Of a stretch of DNA of 64,000 nucleotides, positions 29,351 through 38,458 are shown one piece after another. The stretch is from Candidatus Peregrinibacteria bacterium (GTDB lineage: Bacteria; Patescibacteriota; Gracilibacteria; UBA1369; LOWO2-01-FULL-3). Every line of letters begins with the position of its first letter. The stretch's first letter is position 1. The position numbers and the translations under genes are program-made. The notes below the pieces were generated by a model, which worked only from the letters and a program-made list of their open reading frames with translations, did not search any database and was not told the origin of the DNA. The stretch spans positions 209,695 through 273,694 of the forward strand of contig JABILX010000001.1 of the NCBI GenBank assembly GCA_018654255.1, in the 5' to 3' direction.

Positions 29351-30436
29351 TTAACGACCAGAAAAGACAACATCTATGGCTTCTTGATTCACTCCCATGA
29401 CAATAGCTTTTCTAATAGCTGGTCTCTCAAGCGGCAAGTCCTCACTATAAAAAGAACTGAAATGTCCACCAGGAATACACAGATCCTTAGCGTCAGCACC
29501 ATGTTTCTTTAAATAGGCCGCAGTGACAGCCGATGCATAAGTTGTGACTATCGGATCATGAGTAGCAGTTACGATTCTAACAGTCTTCTCATCCAAATCA
29601 GCCACAACAGCTCTAGAAGAATTAGAAATCAAAGTTTGTAAGAAATAAATGGCAGAATCTCCAAACAATCTGTCCAAAACCTCTTCTTGGCCATAATGGT
29701 CAACGCCCTCAAAAAAGAAGTCCTCAGCTGCACTCTCAGAGAATTGGACTCCTCTACCAGTAACCAATGATTTCACAACAGGAATAGTCCCAGTTTTCAC
29801 GGGACCTGTAACTAAATTGATATTAGGTCGAATAAGTCCGCGAGATCTTATCATGCCAGAATAAGGGACAGGAATTGGCGAAAACGCCAAAGCTCCATCA
29901 AAAGCGTCGGGCTCAAACTCATAATGTTCAGGATCACCAATAAAAGAAAGAGCAGTCTGCCCACCAAGACTATGTCCTCCGACAATCCTTCTTTCAGGAT
30001 CTTGATTTAGGTTTTCATTAGCTAATATTGCTTTCAAACATCTAGCAGATTCTTGCCTAATATCTTCTGCAGTAACTCGTCCAATTCGCTCATTTGGATG
30101 CTCACTACCACGGCCATAAGGCGCCCGAAAAACAGCTGCACCACGGTATTCTTTTAGTTTTCTTGAAAGAGGCTCAATAAATCTATCTCCAAACAAGGAA
30201 GTAGGTGGCATTTTATATCCATTTTCAAAAATTGCAGTTAATTTCTCCTTACCAGGTTCAATATCTGTAGGACGCATCATTACAGCACGAATGTCATCAG
30301 CGACTTCGATCACGGTATATTCAACCCCCTGGTGTGTAATACACGCTCCAGGAGCCAAAACTCGGGGTTCATCATCTTTATACAACTGAGGCGTGATTCC
30401 TTGAGCGGCAACGTCTCTGACTATTCCTTCTGACAT
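29351..30436 (-). CDS. alpha/beta hydrolase fold protein
   Basis: GGHSLGG nucleophile elbow, 361 aa. Confidence 0.5.
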   Translation of the reverse strand: MSEGIVRDVAAQGITPQLYKDDEPRVLAPGACITHQGVEYTVIEVADDIRAVMMRPTDIEPGKEKLTAIFENGYKMPPTSLFGDRFIEPLSRKLKEYRGAAVFRAPYGRGSEHPNERIGRVTAEDIRQESARCLKAILANENLNQDPERRIVGGHSLGGQTALSFIGDPEHYEFEPDAFDGALAFSPIPVPYSGMIRSRGLIRPNINLVTGPVKTGTIPVVKSLVTGRGVQFSESAAEDFFFEGVDHYGQEEVLDRLFGDSAIYFLQTLISNSSRAVVADLDEKTVRIVTATHDPIVTTYASAVTAAYLKKHGADAKDLCIPGGHFSSFYSEDLPLERPAIRKAIVMGVNQEAIDVVFSGR

Positions 30437-30554
30437 CTGTTAATGTTTATAGATTACAGACGAGAATAGTACGTTAAAAAAGCTAGGCTGTCAACCCTTC
30501 TGAACCCACCTCGATCCAAGTCACAGAAACGCTAAAGAAACCACCTCCAGGCAA

Positions 30555-30583
30555 TTGAAAATTGGCTTAAAATATGGTAGAAT
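30555..30583 (+). promoter_or_regulatory. promoter TTGAAA-N17-TAGAAT, -10 box 6 nt before the ATG (leaderless geometry)
   Basis: ttgaaaattggcttaaaatatggtagaat, then agacgg, then ATG at 30590. Confidence 0.5.
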
Positions 30584-30589
30584 AGACGG

Positions 30590-30853
30590 ATGGACTTGAA
30601 AAAACTTATAGAAAATTCGACGCTAATCTCTAAAGAACAAAAAGAGAAACTTCTCGTAAATTTTGACAAATTAACGGAAGAACAAAAACAAGGAATCATA
30701 GAAGCATTAGATGTAAGAAAAATTTACGAACAAGCTCGAAAACAAATAGAAAAAGAAGAAAAAAAATTTGTAAAGAATGTTACGTACGAAATAGAGGAAA
30801 AAGAAGACGTAAGGGCGGAAAAAAACTTAAATACATCATTATCTAACCTATAA
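30590..30853 (+). CDS. small Lys/Glu-rich helical protein
   Basis: 87 aa, stop 2 nt before the next start. Confidence 0.5.
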   Translation: MDLKKLIENSTLISKEQKEKLLVNFDKLTEEQKQGIIEALDVRKIYEQARKQIEKEEKKFVKNVTYEIEEKEDVRAEKNLNTSLSNL

Positions 30854-30855
30854 AA

Positions 30856-33800
30856 ATGTCTTTAGAAAAACACGAAAAAAAATTAGTAGAAACTGTAGAA
30901 AAAGCAGAAAAACCACACGAAAAAGCGGAAAAAGGTGGTACTGAATTAAACTGGAATGAAAGAGTGAAAGAAGCTGTGAAAAAAGGCAAAAAGAACATCA
31001 AAGAAGTATCTTCATTCATGGAGGAATTTGAGTCTTCAGGAGAAAAAGGACAATACGGCAAAAGAAAAACACAGGAGTTCCAAAAGAAAGTAGAAGATAT
31101 CTCAAGACAACTAGAAGGACGATTAAAAATGAAAAAGGAAGAAGCTGCAACTTTCGTAGAATTGGTCATTTTCGACCTAGAAGCCGAATCAGAATTAAAA
31201 GCTCCAGCGTTAGAAGAAGCACTCGAGGTTGATATTGATATGAAAAAAGCAAAACACCTCAGCAAGAACAAAAAAATCGTAGAAAAAGTAAGCCTTTCAT
31301 TAAAAAACAAATTAAAGTTGGATTTCGCACTCGCACTAGCAGATAAAAAACTGGGTGATTTTATTAAGAAGAATAGAAACATGATAAGGGGAAGAATGAA
31401 TCTCCCGAAATTGCCAGAGAAGTATGACGAGGTTGAGATGACAGCAACCATAGAGGGATTATTTGAAGTATTAGGGGTGAGTGATAAAAAAACCAAAAAA
31501 TCCCTAACAGAGAATCTGACAGCAGAGAACCTTTTTGATAACGAAGAATTGAATTGTATAACAGAGATAGATGGGAAAAGGGCACACGAAACAACGATAG
31601 ATGGCAAAAAGGTATACGAAATAAAGCCTATAAAAAACAAAATATCCGAAAAAACAGTAATAAAATTTAAAAGACAATTGTCAGTCGAGGAAGTCAATCA
31701 ATCTGAAACAAGTGAAGCTATAGGTACATATACAGACGAAGCAAGCGCACTGAAAACACTAAACAGCAGAAGAACCTTTGAGGGAAAATCAGGAGGGGAT
31801 ATTCTTGAAAATATTGCATTCAATTTTCCAAAAGTGGTGATAGAAAATGCACGAAGAAAAAAGATCCCCACATATCAAGAAGGAATAAGAGCAATGAAAA
31901 TAGCAGTCAAAAAAGACCCAGGAACAGCATTGAAAAAGATTAGAGACTTATCACCAAAATACATAAAGCTTGCACTAGAAGAAGCTTCGGAAAACAATCC
32001 GCAGGCGATAATTGACAATCTCAACACACTCGTGGGACGTGCAAGTGTATCAGCAAGCTTTATAGCAAGAGTTGTCGAGAAACATCCAGAGACAGTGCTG
32101 GAAAACCACAAACATCTGATTGAGAATTGTGGGATTGTTGGGAAAGGCATGATAATCCAAGCATTAAAAAAGACAAATAAATACAATGAAGCAGAAAAAT
32201 ATTTAGGACAAAAAAGCTTGAAATTAGTAGAAGCTCCAAAAGTGGAAGTAGCAGAGAAAGAAACCACAAAAACCAAAAAAACCACTAAACCCACAGCCAA
32301 AGTAGAAACAAAGGACCAAGCCAAGGCTGAAACAAAGGACCAGCCCGAAAGTAAAGAGTCCTTGCATGGGATAGTGGACATAATCGAGATCAAAGAAGCG
32401 GAAATTAAAGTCCAAGTTGAAACTGGAAAAGTGTTTGCAGAAATTGAAGAGACACCAGGTAGTGAGAAAAAAATAATTTACGAAATAAATACATTAACCG
32501 GTGGGTTGAGAGAACTCACAGACATAGACGAACACGAAGGATACTCAAACTATAACTTAGCTAGTGCAGGGACGATAAAAGCAGGGAAATACATGACGGA
32601 ATTAAAAGATGTTGAGGCAGCACTAGGTGGAAGTTTCCCAACAGCAATGAAATCCATTACTGAACTTAACAATAACTTTGGTGAAATAGTAGAAAAAGAA
32701 TCAGAGCCCAAAAAAGATGAGGGAACAGTAGAAAAAACAGAAGAAAAAGCACCAGAATCCGAAGAAGATGAGGGAACAGTAGAAAAGGTTGATGAAAAAC
32801 CAAAAGCAAGACCAGTCCTTGGTGAAAAAGTAGAAACAGATGAAGGAGTAACAGACCTAGTCCAAGCACCAGATGGTACATTCTGGAGGTTTAGAAAGGT
32901 CGGTGATAAAAAATATAATCCTGAATTCTCAGAAAAAAAAGAAGGTCCTTGGTACTCATTAAAGGAATACCAAGAAGGCGTAGGTGGATATAAAGAAAGC
33001 GAAAAGAGCTCAGCACTAGAATTTTACAATAAAAACGACCAAATGCTGTACAAAGTTCACGGAAGCAATGGAGATATAGACTTTATAGGATCTGCAAGTA
33101 TTAAGAAAAAAAGAGGATCCATAGAAGACCCAGCATATGCAAAAAATCTGCTACAAAAAAAAGAAGAAAAGCCTGAAAAGAAAGAAAAGGTTGCAGAAAA
33201 ACCAAAATCAAGACCGAGATTAGGGGAAAAAGTTGAAACTGATGAAGGACTTGTATCAATAGTCGAAGCAGGAGATGGTACTTTTTGGAGGGTTAGATCA
33301 ACAGAAAAAGATGTTGGCTCTTTAGAATTTGGAGAAACGAAAGAGGGTCCATGGTACAAACTGACAGGCTACACTGAAGGAAAAGGCGGATTTAAAGGAG
33401 GTTGGACGGAAGGTCCCAACGCACCTTACGAGTTTTATGATAAAGACGACAAGTTAGTATACAGCCTGAAATTTGATAGTAATGGTATAAAATTCATTGG
33501 AACCTCAAATGTAGACGAGGAATCACAAGGATCCATAGAAAACCCAATAACAACTCCAAGAAATTTAGTTGAGGAAAAGCAAGATAAACCAGAAGCGATC
33601 GCACAAACAGTAGCTGCAGAGCCAGAACCAGCTGAGTCGGAGCCTAAATCTCTTGCCCTCACAACCAAAGAATTTGAAGCCTTCGACAAAGCAGTAAAAG
33701 CCAATACAACATTGCCAAAAGAAATCCCAAAAGAATATCAGGAAGCGTGCAAAACCGCGTTAGTGTTAATATTACGACAAAAAGGATACGACAAAGACAC

Positions 33801-34227
33801 AAAAGTAGATGTCGAAATTACTGAAGTGAAAGGAGAAATCTTCGCGCTCATCTCCATAGACGGAAGTGAACCAGTGAAAGGAGGGGCCTACAGTCCGCAC
33901 AAGGCATTTTTTACAGCACTGTCTAATATTGAAAACAAAGACGATTCGTTTGATAGAAAAAAATTCGAAGAAATATTCGCCAGCCTAAATCCCAAGGACA
34001 AATTCTTGAAAAGCAAAAGCGTCAGACGAAAATTTGCGCGTATGCTTCTGGACAAAGGATACACTAAGAATCCAATAAAAAGCGCAAAACCAGAAGAGGT
34101 TAAGGGGAAGAGGAAGGGGCGCTTTGTGACTCTGACTCTTGAAGACGGTACTAAAATAAAAGGCGGGGATTACAGTTACGAAAAAGCGTTTCTAAATGCG
34201 GTCGGGAAAATTGTAGAAATGAGCTAA
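30856..34227 (+). CDS. large (1,123 aa) Lys/Glu-rich orphan protein with internal duplications
   Basis: A 134-aa unit is repeated in tandem (32797-33198 and 33199-33600). A C-terminal module of about 85 aa occurs twice (KGGAYSPHKAFFTALSNI and KGGDYSYEKAFLNAVGKI). Confidence 0.7.
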   Translation: MSLEKHEKKLVETVEKAEKPHEKAEKGGTELNWNERVKEAVKKGKKNIKEVSSFMEEFESSGEKGQYGKRKTQEFQKKVEDISRQLEGRLKMKKEEAATFVELVIFDLEAESELKAPALEEALEVDIDMKKAKHLSKNKKIVEKVSLSLKNKLKLDFALALADKKLGDFIKKNRNMIRGRMNLPKLPEKYDEVEMTATIEGLFEVLGVSDKKTKKSLTENLTAENLFDNEELNCITEIDGKRAHETTIDGKKVYEIKPIKNKISEKTVIKFKRQLSVEEVNQSETSEAIGTYTDEASALKTLNSRRTFEGKSGGDILENIAFNFPKVVIENARRKKIPTYQEGIRAMKIAVKKDPGTALKKIRDLSPKYIKLALEEASENNPQAIIDNLNTLVGRASVSASFIARVVEKHPETVLENHKHLIENCGIVGKGMIIQALKKTNKYNEAEKYLGQKSLKLVEAPKVEVAEKETTKTKKTTKPTAKVETKDQAKAETKDQPESKESLHGIVDIIEIKEAEIKVQVETGKVFAEIEETPGSEKKIIYEINTLTGGLRELTDIDEHEGYSNYNLASAGTIKAGKYMTELKDVEAALGGSFPTAMKSITELNNNFGEIVEKESEPKKDEGTVEKTEEKAPESEEDEGTVEKVDEKPKARPVLGEKVETDEGVTDLVQAPDGTFWRFRKVGDKKYNPEFSEKKEGPWYSLKEYQEGVGGYKESEKSSALEFYNKNDQMLYKVHGSNGDIDFIGSASIKKKRGSIEDPAYAKNLLQKKEEKPEKKEKVAEKPKSRPRLGEKVETDEGLVSIVEAGDGTFWRVRSTEKDVGSLEFGETKEGPWYKLTGYTEGKGGFKGGWTEGPNAPYEFYDKDDKLVYSLKFDSNGIKFIGTSNVDEESQGSIENPITTPRNLVEEKQDKPEAIAQTVAAEPEPAESEPKSLALTTKEFEAFDKAVKANTTLPKEIPKEYQEACKTALVLILRQKGYDKDTKVDVEITEVKGEIFALISIDGSEPVKGGAYSPHKAFFTALSNIENKDDSFDRKKFEEIFASLNPKDKFLKSKSVRRKFARMLLDKGYTKNPIKSAKPEEVKGKRKGRFVTLTLEDGTKIKGGDYSYEKAFLNAVGKIVEMS

Positions 34228-34268
34228 TATAAGTAGCACTCCACACAACAACCCTTTACAATGTCTCC

Positions 34269-35615
34269 GTGAAACCTACCTCAATCCAAATCATAGAAAT
34301 ACTAAAGAAGGCCGGCCATGAAGCCTACTGGGCAGGCGGCTGTGTTCGCGATATGTTGCTCGGAGTTGAGCCAAAAGACTTCGACATCGTAACCTCGGCA
34401 AAACCAGACGAGATCGAAGACCTGCTCGAACACACGATCCCTATCGGAAAAGAATTTGGAGTGATCCTCGCCGTCCAAAACGGACACAATTTCGAGGTAG
34501 CAACCTTCCGTTCAGACAGCGGATACTCAGACGGTCGCAGACCAGACGCGATCGAATACACAAACGCAGAAGAAGACGCAAAACGCAGAGACTTTACGAT
34601 CAATTCAATGTTTTACGACCCCCAAGAAGACAAAGTCATCGACTACTTAGACGGCCAAAAAGACATGAAGGAAAAACTAGTACGTTTCATCGGTGATCCA
34701 GAAGAAAGAATTAAAGAAGACCACCTAAGACTTCTCCGTGCAGTTCGATTCAAAAACAATTTCGATTTCCAATATCACCCAGACACCTACAAAGCGATTC
34801 ACAAAAACGCACACTTAATCTCAAAAATCTCAAAAGAACGGATCCGCGACGAACTGAACAAAATGATCATGGGCGATAACGCAGAAAAAGGATTCGAAGA
34901 ACTCTACGAACTCGGACTATTAGAGCACATTCTGCCAGAAGCTTGCAAAATGAAAGGAGTCGCACAGCCATCGATCTACCACCACGAAGGTGACGTCTGG
35001 GAGCATTCATTGCTCGCACTCAAAAACTTAACAGACGAAGATTTCGATCCAGATCCACTTCCGGAAGAGATCAGTCTCAACCTACGATGGGCGACTTTCC
35101 TCCACGACGTTGGGAAACCAGACACATTCAAATATGACGAAGAACGAATACGATTCGATCACCACGCAGAACACGGCGCAGAGCTAGCAACACAAATCCT
35201 AAAACGCCTCAAATTTCCAAAAAAAGGCATCGAAAGAGTAGCTTGGCTAATCGAACATCACATGATGGTCGTGCCATTGATGGAAATGCCAGAAAATCGC
35301 AAAAAACACTGGTTCCTACTCGACGGATTCCCTGAACTTCTAGAGATATACAGAGCCGATGCACTAGGTATCGATCCACCAGACCTATCCGCATACCACA
35401 CATTGAAACGCCTATACAAACACCAAATCGCAGAGCTCAAACTTCTTCCAAAAAAATTAATCTCTGGCACAGAGATAATGAAAATCCTCGACATCAAAGC
35501 CGGTGAAAAAATCGGCCAAATATTAGAACAAGTCTGGGAAGAGCAATTGGATGGAAAAATCAAAACCAAAAAAGACGCGATAGACTTCGTCACTAAACTA
35601 AAAGGAAAAAATTAA
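34269..35615 (+). CDS. cca: CCA-adding tRNA nucleotidyltransferase with HD domain
   Basis: GGCVRDMLLG..DFDIVT and the FLHDVGKP HD motif. GTG start. Confidence 0.85.
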   Translation: MKPTSIQIIEILKKAGHEAYWAGGCVRDMLLGVEPKDFDIVTSAKPDEIEDLLEHTIPIGKEFGVILAVQNGHNFEVATFRSDSGYSDGRRPDAIEYTNAEEDAKRRDFTINSMFYDPQEDKVIDYLDGQKDMKEKLVRFIGDPEERIKEDHLRLLRAVRFKNNFDFQYHPDTYKAIHKNAHLISKISKERIRDELNKMIMGDNAEKGFEELYELGLLEHILPEACKMKGVAQPSIYHHEGDVWEHSLLALKNLTDEDFDPDPLPEEISLNLRWATFLHDVGKPDTFKYDEERIRFDHHAEHGAELATQILKRLKFPKKGIERVAWLIEHHMMVVPLMEMPENRKKHWFLLDGFPELLEIYRADALGIDPPDLSAYHTLKRLYKHQIAELKLLPKKLISGTEIMKILDIKAGEKIGQILEQVWEEQLDGKIKTKKDAIDFVTKLKGKN

Positions 35616-36523
35616 TCTTCAGTTCCATCTTCCGAACCTTCCGTAGGAGCTTCTTCGACCGCATCACCACCATCCACGGACCCAGCAGGCCTAGCAGCCC
35701 TTTCTTCATCAACCTCTTCCTCAACATCCTCACAAAGCTCTTCATCTTCAACCCACTGTCCTCCATCATCAAATTTCAATTCAGGAAACGCTAAATGCCA
35801 AACCTTCTCAGCAGCATCTGGGTTTTTTGCCAAAGCTTCTTGCCCCTCAGCAGAAGCATGATAAGCCTCAACAAATTTAGGATAAAGACCTCCTTCACCA
35901 TCATATTTCCTTGCGGTATAAAGGTCCAAAACCTCTGTCAAAGCTGCATTCCTATCTCCACTATGAAAATGTGCTCCGATAAATCCAACAACATGAGCAA
36001 CTCTATTAACTTCTGAATGATAATCCTGGATCTTGTCCAAAGCCGCTCGACTAGAAGCAAGTTCAACCAATCCCTCATTATCAATATCTTTTTCCATATG
36101 AAATAGTTCATGCAATAAAGCATGTCTAACCATAACCATGTTATCGGCAGTCAAAGCATTGTTGTCGAACAAAACAGGATCAATCTTAATTGTAGTTTCA
36201 CCAGCTTCACCGACCTCATTTCCAGGCAATTTAACCAATTTAATTTTCTCAGGATCAACCTCAACGAATCTACTTACATAGAGAAGTAGGCGACGAATTT
36301 TCCGAACCTTTTCAATAGAGGTAAGATTTCTTTCTGTTTCAAGATCTGCAATGAAATCAGCCAAACTCCCGAGCATCTCATCCTCAGGAACCCTGCCGTC
36401 CATAGCTTCTTCGGCCCCAAATTGGGCATTATCCAAAGTAGCAGCAATTTCAGGATCTAATCCCTCGCGAGCCTCGCGGGTTTCTGGGCCGAAAACCTTA
36501 TTGTTTTTTGGATCATCAGTCAT
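35612..36523 (-). CDS. hypothetical protein with HExxH motif and acidic C-terminus
   Basis: VRHALLHELFHMEKD. 303 aa with no TM helix. Confidence 0.55.
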   Translation of the reverse strand: MTDDPKNNKVFGPETREAREGLDPEIAATLDNAQFGAEEAMDGRVPEDEMLGSLADFIADLETERNLTSIEKVRKIRRLLLYVSRFVEVDPEKIKLVKLPGNEVGEAGETTIKIDPVLFDNNALTADNMVMVRHALLHELFHMEKDIDNEGLVELASSRAALDKIQDYHSEVNRVAHVVGFIGAHFHSGDRNAALTEVLDLYTARKYDGEGGLYPKFVEAYHASAEGQEALAKNPDAAEKVWHLAFPELKFDDGGQWVEDEELCEDVEEEVDEERAARPAGSVDGGDAVEEAPTEGSEDGTED

Positions 36524-36563
36524 CGAATAATTATATCATAAATTACACCTTTTTTAAAGGACT

Positions 36564-37499
36564 GTGGTAAAATATTCGCAAATAAACTCACATCCTATGC
36601 AAATTGCAATATTAGCAACGATTTCAGTTCTTCCAGCATTATTCCTACTCTGGTTTTTTGAAAAACAAGATCACGGCGAAAAAGAACCAATCCGACTCAA
36701 AAACAAAGTTTTTTTCTGGGGAGTTTTCTCAACAATAATAGCAGGAGGGATCGAAATAAACGTGGATTCTTGGATTCCAGAGAGTTTCAACTTCTGGGTA
36801 TATATTTTCATAATGTCATTTATTACGACAGCCTTGGTAGAAGAGGGGATCAAACTCTGGATCGTAAAAAAAGTCGCTTGGCCACACAAAAAATTCAATG
36901 AAGTCATGGATGGAATCACATACGCGGTGATAGCAGGGCTTGGATTTGCGATGCTGGAGAATTTACTTTTTGTGCTTTCAACAAATATAGAGGTAGGGAT
37001 CGCAAGAGGATTACTAGCAGTTCCTGCACACGCGTTATTCTCAGGACTTCTCGGCTATTACATCGGAGAAGCAAAATTCCAAAACACACCATGGGACGCA
37101 CGCAACAAATTGTGGAAAGGATTTTTGATAGCAGTTTTCTACCACGGACTATATGACTTCTTACTCTTTTCACAGACTTCGCTCTGGATACTCATACTCC
37201 CTTTGCTAGTCATAATGGCATTCCACCTAACTCATTTGATATCCAAAGCACGCCACCTCGACAAACACCACAAAAAAAATCCAAGACTTTTCCGTCTGCA
37301 CATTGGGATCAGAATAATCGCAGCGACAGCAATGACGGCAGCAGGAATACTTTCATTATCAGGGACAATCCTCGCGGTATACAAAGAAATGCCTGGCTAT
37401 ACATATTTAGAAATCCTATTCAGCGCGATTTTTGCGCTAATAATGCTCACAGTCTCATACCTTCTAATTAGGAAAGGAGCCTTGCGAAAAAAGAAGTAG
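36564..37499 (+). CDS. PrsW-family intramembrane protease
   Basis: ALVEEGIKLW and FYHGLYDF motifs in a polytopic protein. The start may instead be ATG 36597. Confidence 0.7.
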   Translation: MVKYSQINSHPMQIAILATISVLPALFLLWFFEKQDHGEKEPIRLKNKVFFWGVFSTIIAGGIEINVDSWIPESFNFWVYIFIMSFITTALVEEGIKLWIVKKVAWPHKKFNEVMDGITYAVIAGLGFAMLENLLFVLSTNIEVGIARGLLAVPAHALFSGLLGYYIGEAKFQNTPWDARNKLWKGFLIAVFYHGLYDFLLFSQTSLWILILPLLVIMAFHLTHLISKARHLDKHHKKNPRLFRLHIGIRIIAATAMTAAGILSLSGTILAVYKEMPGYTYLEILFSAIFALIMLTVSYLLIRKGALRKKK

Positions 37500-37529
37500 G
37501 TGCCTTAGAGAAACCCAAGCCACCCAATC

Positions 37530-38396
37530 CTAAAACCCGCCCTCTTCAAAAACCTTTCTGAAATACCATTTTATCAAATCCCAATTTCCATCAGCAGGAA
37601 CTAATGTGTAAGCTTGAAGTTTATTTTCACAATCAGGTCGTGGGGAATCGGCCAGAGGAACTCCAACACCAGAATCACCCACAGAAACTTCCTCGACACT
37701 AACACTAGCGGTCCACTCATCAATCATCTTCGTGCATTCCTCCTTGGCTATATATTCTGGTACAGACAAAATATTTCCAGTCGACAAAACATATCCAGAA
37801 TTGATATCAAAATTTTGATATTTGAAGTAGTAGGCCATCGCCTCAGAAATAGAAATATCAGTTTCAGTCTTATTCAACACAGTCCGAATGATGTCATACA
37901 AAGTTCCAGCATCTCCAAACCCAAACTCACGAGCCTTTTTTTGAATAGCCCCCAGGATCATGTGCTGCCTCTCTGCGCGAGCAAAATCAGAACTAGTGTG
38001 ACGAGAACGCGCAAGACGCAAAGACTCCTTACCCATCAGATGATAATCCCCAGGGGCATAGTTCAGCGTGCCCCAAACACCATTGTCCAAAGTCTTGTAA
38101 GTTGGATCAATCACAGCACTGTCCAGATGAACATCAATTCCACCAATAATATCAACCACATCTATGAAAGCGTACATATCGATCAGAATATATTTATCCA
38201 ATTCATATCCAGTAATTTCTCCCAAAACTCTTTTGAATTCCTCCATCCCAAAATTCATCACATAATGATTGATTTTCCGGCCGTTATAATACAGGTCACG
38301 TGGAATAGAAATCATATCGACTGTGCGATCATTCTCATCAATATGAGCAAAAATCATAGTATCAATTAGGCTCCCATGTTTCCCTGCAATTAACAC
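37530..38396 (-). CDS. LytR-CpsA-Psr (LCP) domain ORF with no start of its own; probably expressed as a frameshift fusion with 38459..39748
   Basis: DTMIFAHID....MISIPRDLYY LCP core. The first strand FNVLIAG begins upstream of the annotated GTG. The frame is open to 38531 with no ATG, GTG or TTG. Confidence 0.6.
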   Translation of the reverse strand: MLIAGKHGSLIDTMIFAHIDENDRTVDMISIPRDLYYNGRKINHYVMNFGMEEFKRVLGEITGYELDKYILIDMYAFIDVVDIIGGIDVHLDSAVIDPTYKTLDNGVWGTLNYAPGDYHLMGKESLRLARSRHTSSDFARAERQHMILGAIQKKAREFGFGDAGTLYDIIRTVLNKTETDISISEAMAYYFKYQNFDINSGYVLSTGNILSVPEYIAKEECTKMIDEWTASVSVEEVSVGDSGVGVPLADSPRPDCENKLQAYTLVPADGNWDLIKWYFRKVFEEGGF

Positions 38397-38458
38397 ATTG
38401 AAGGTTCCCTCCTGATGAGAAGGCGTGTCTGAGAAGGCAGGAACGCTAGAAGGTAAAT

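Noticed and set aside
30843-31697. 284-aa minus-strand ORF (Ser/Phe-rich) and similar ORFs at 31875..32393 and 33057..33704
   Set aside because: They are antisense shadows of the Lys/Glu-rich (AAR/GAR codon) 1,123-aa gene. Reverse-complemented A/G-rich codons give stop-poor F/S/L frames.
37614-38369. 251-aa plus-strand ORF
   Set aside because: It lies entirely antisense to the LCP domain, which has clear conserved motifs. The plus product has no recognisable features.
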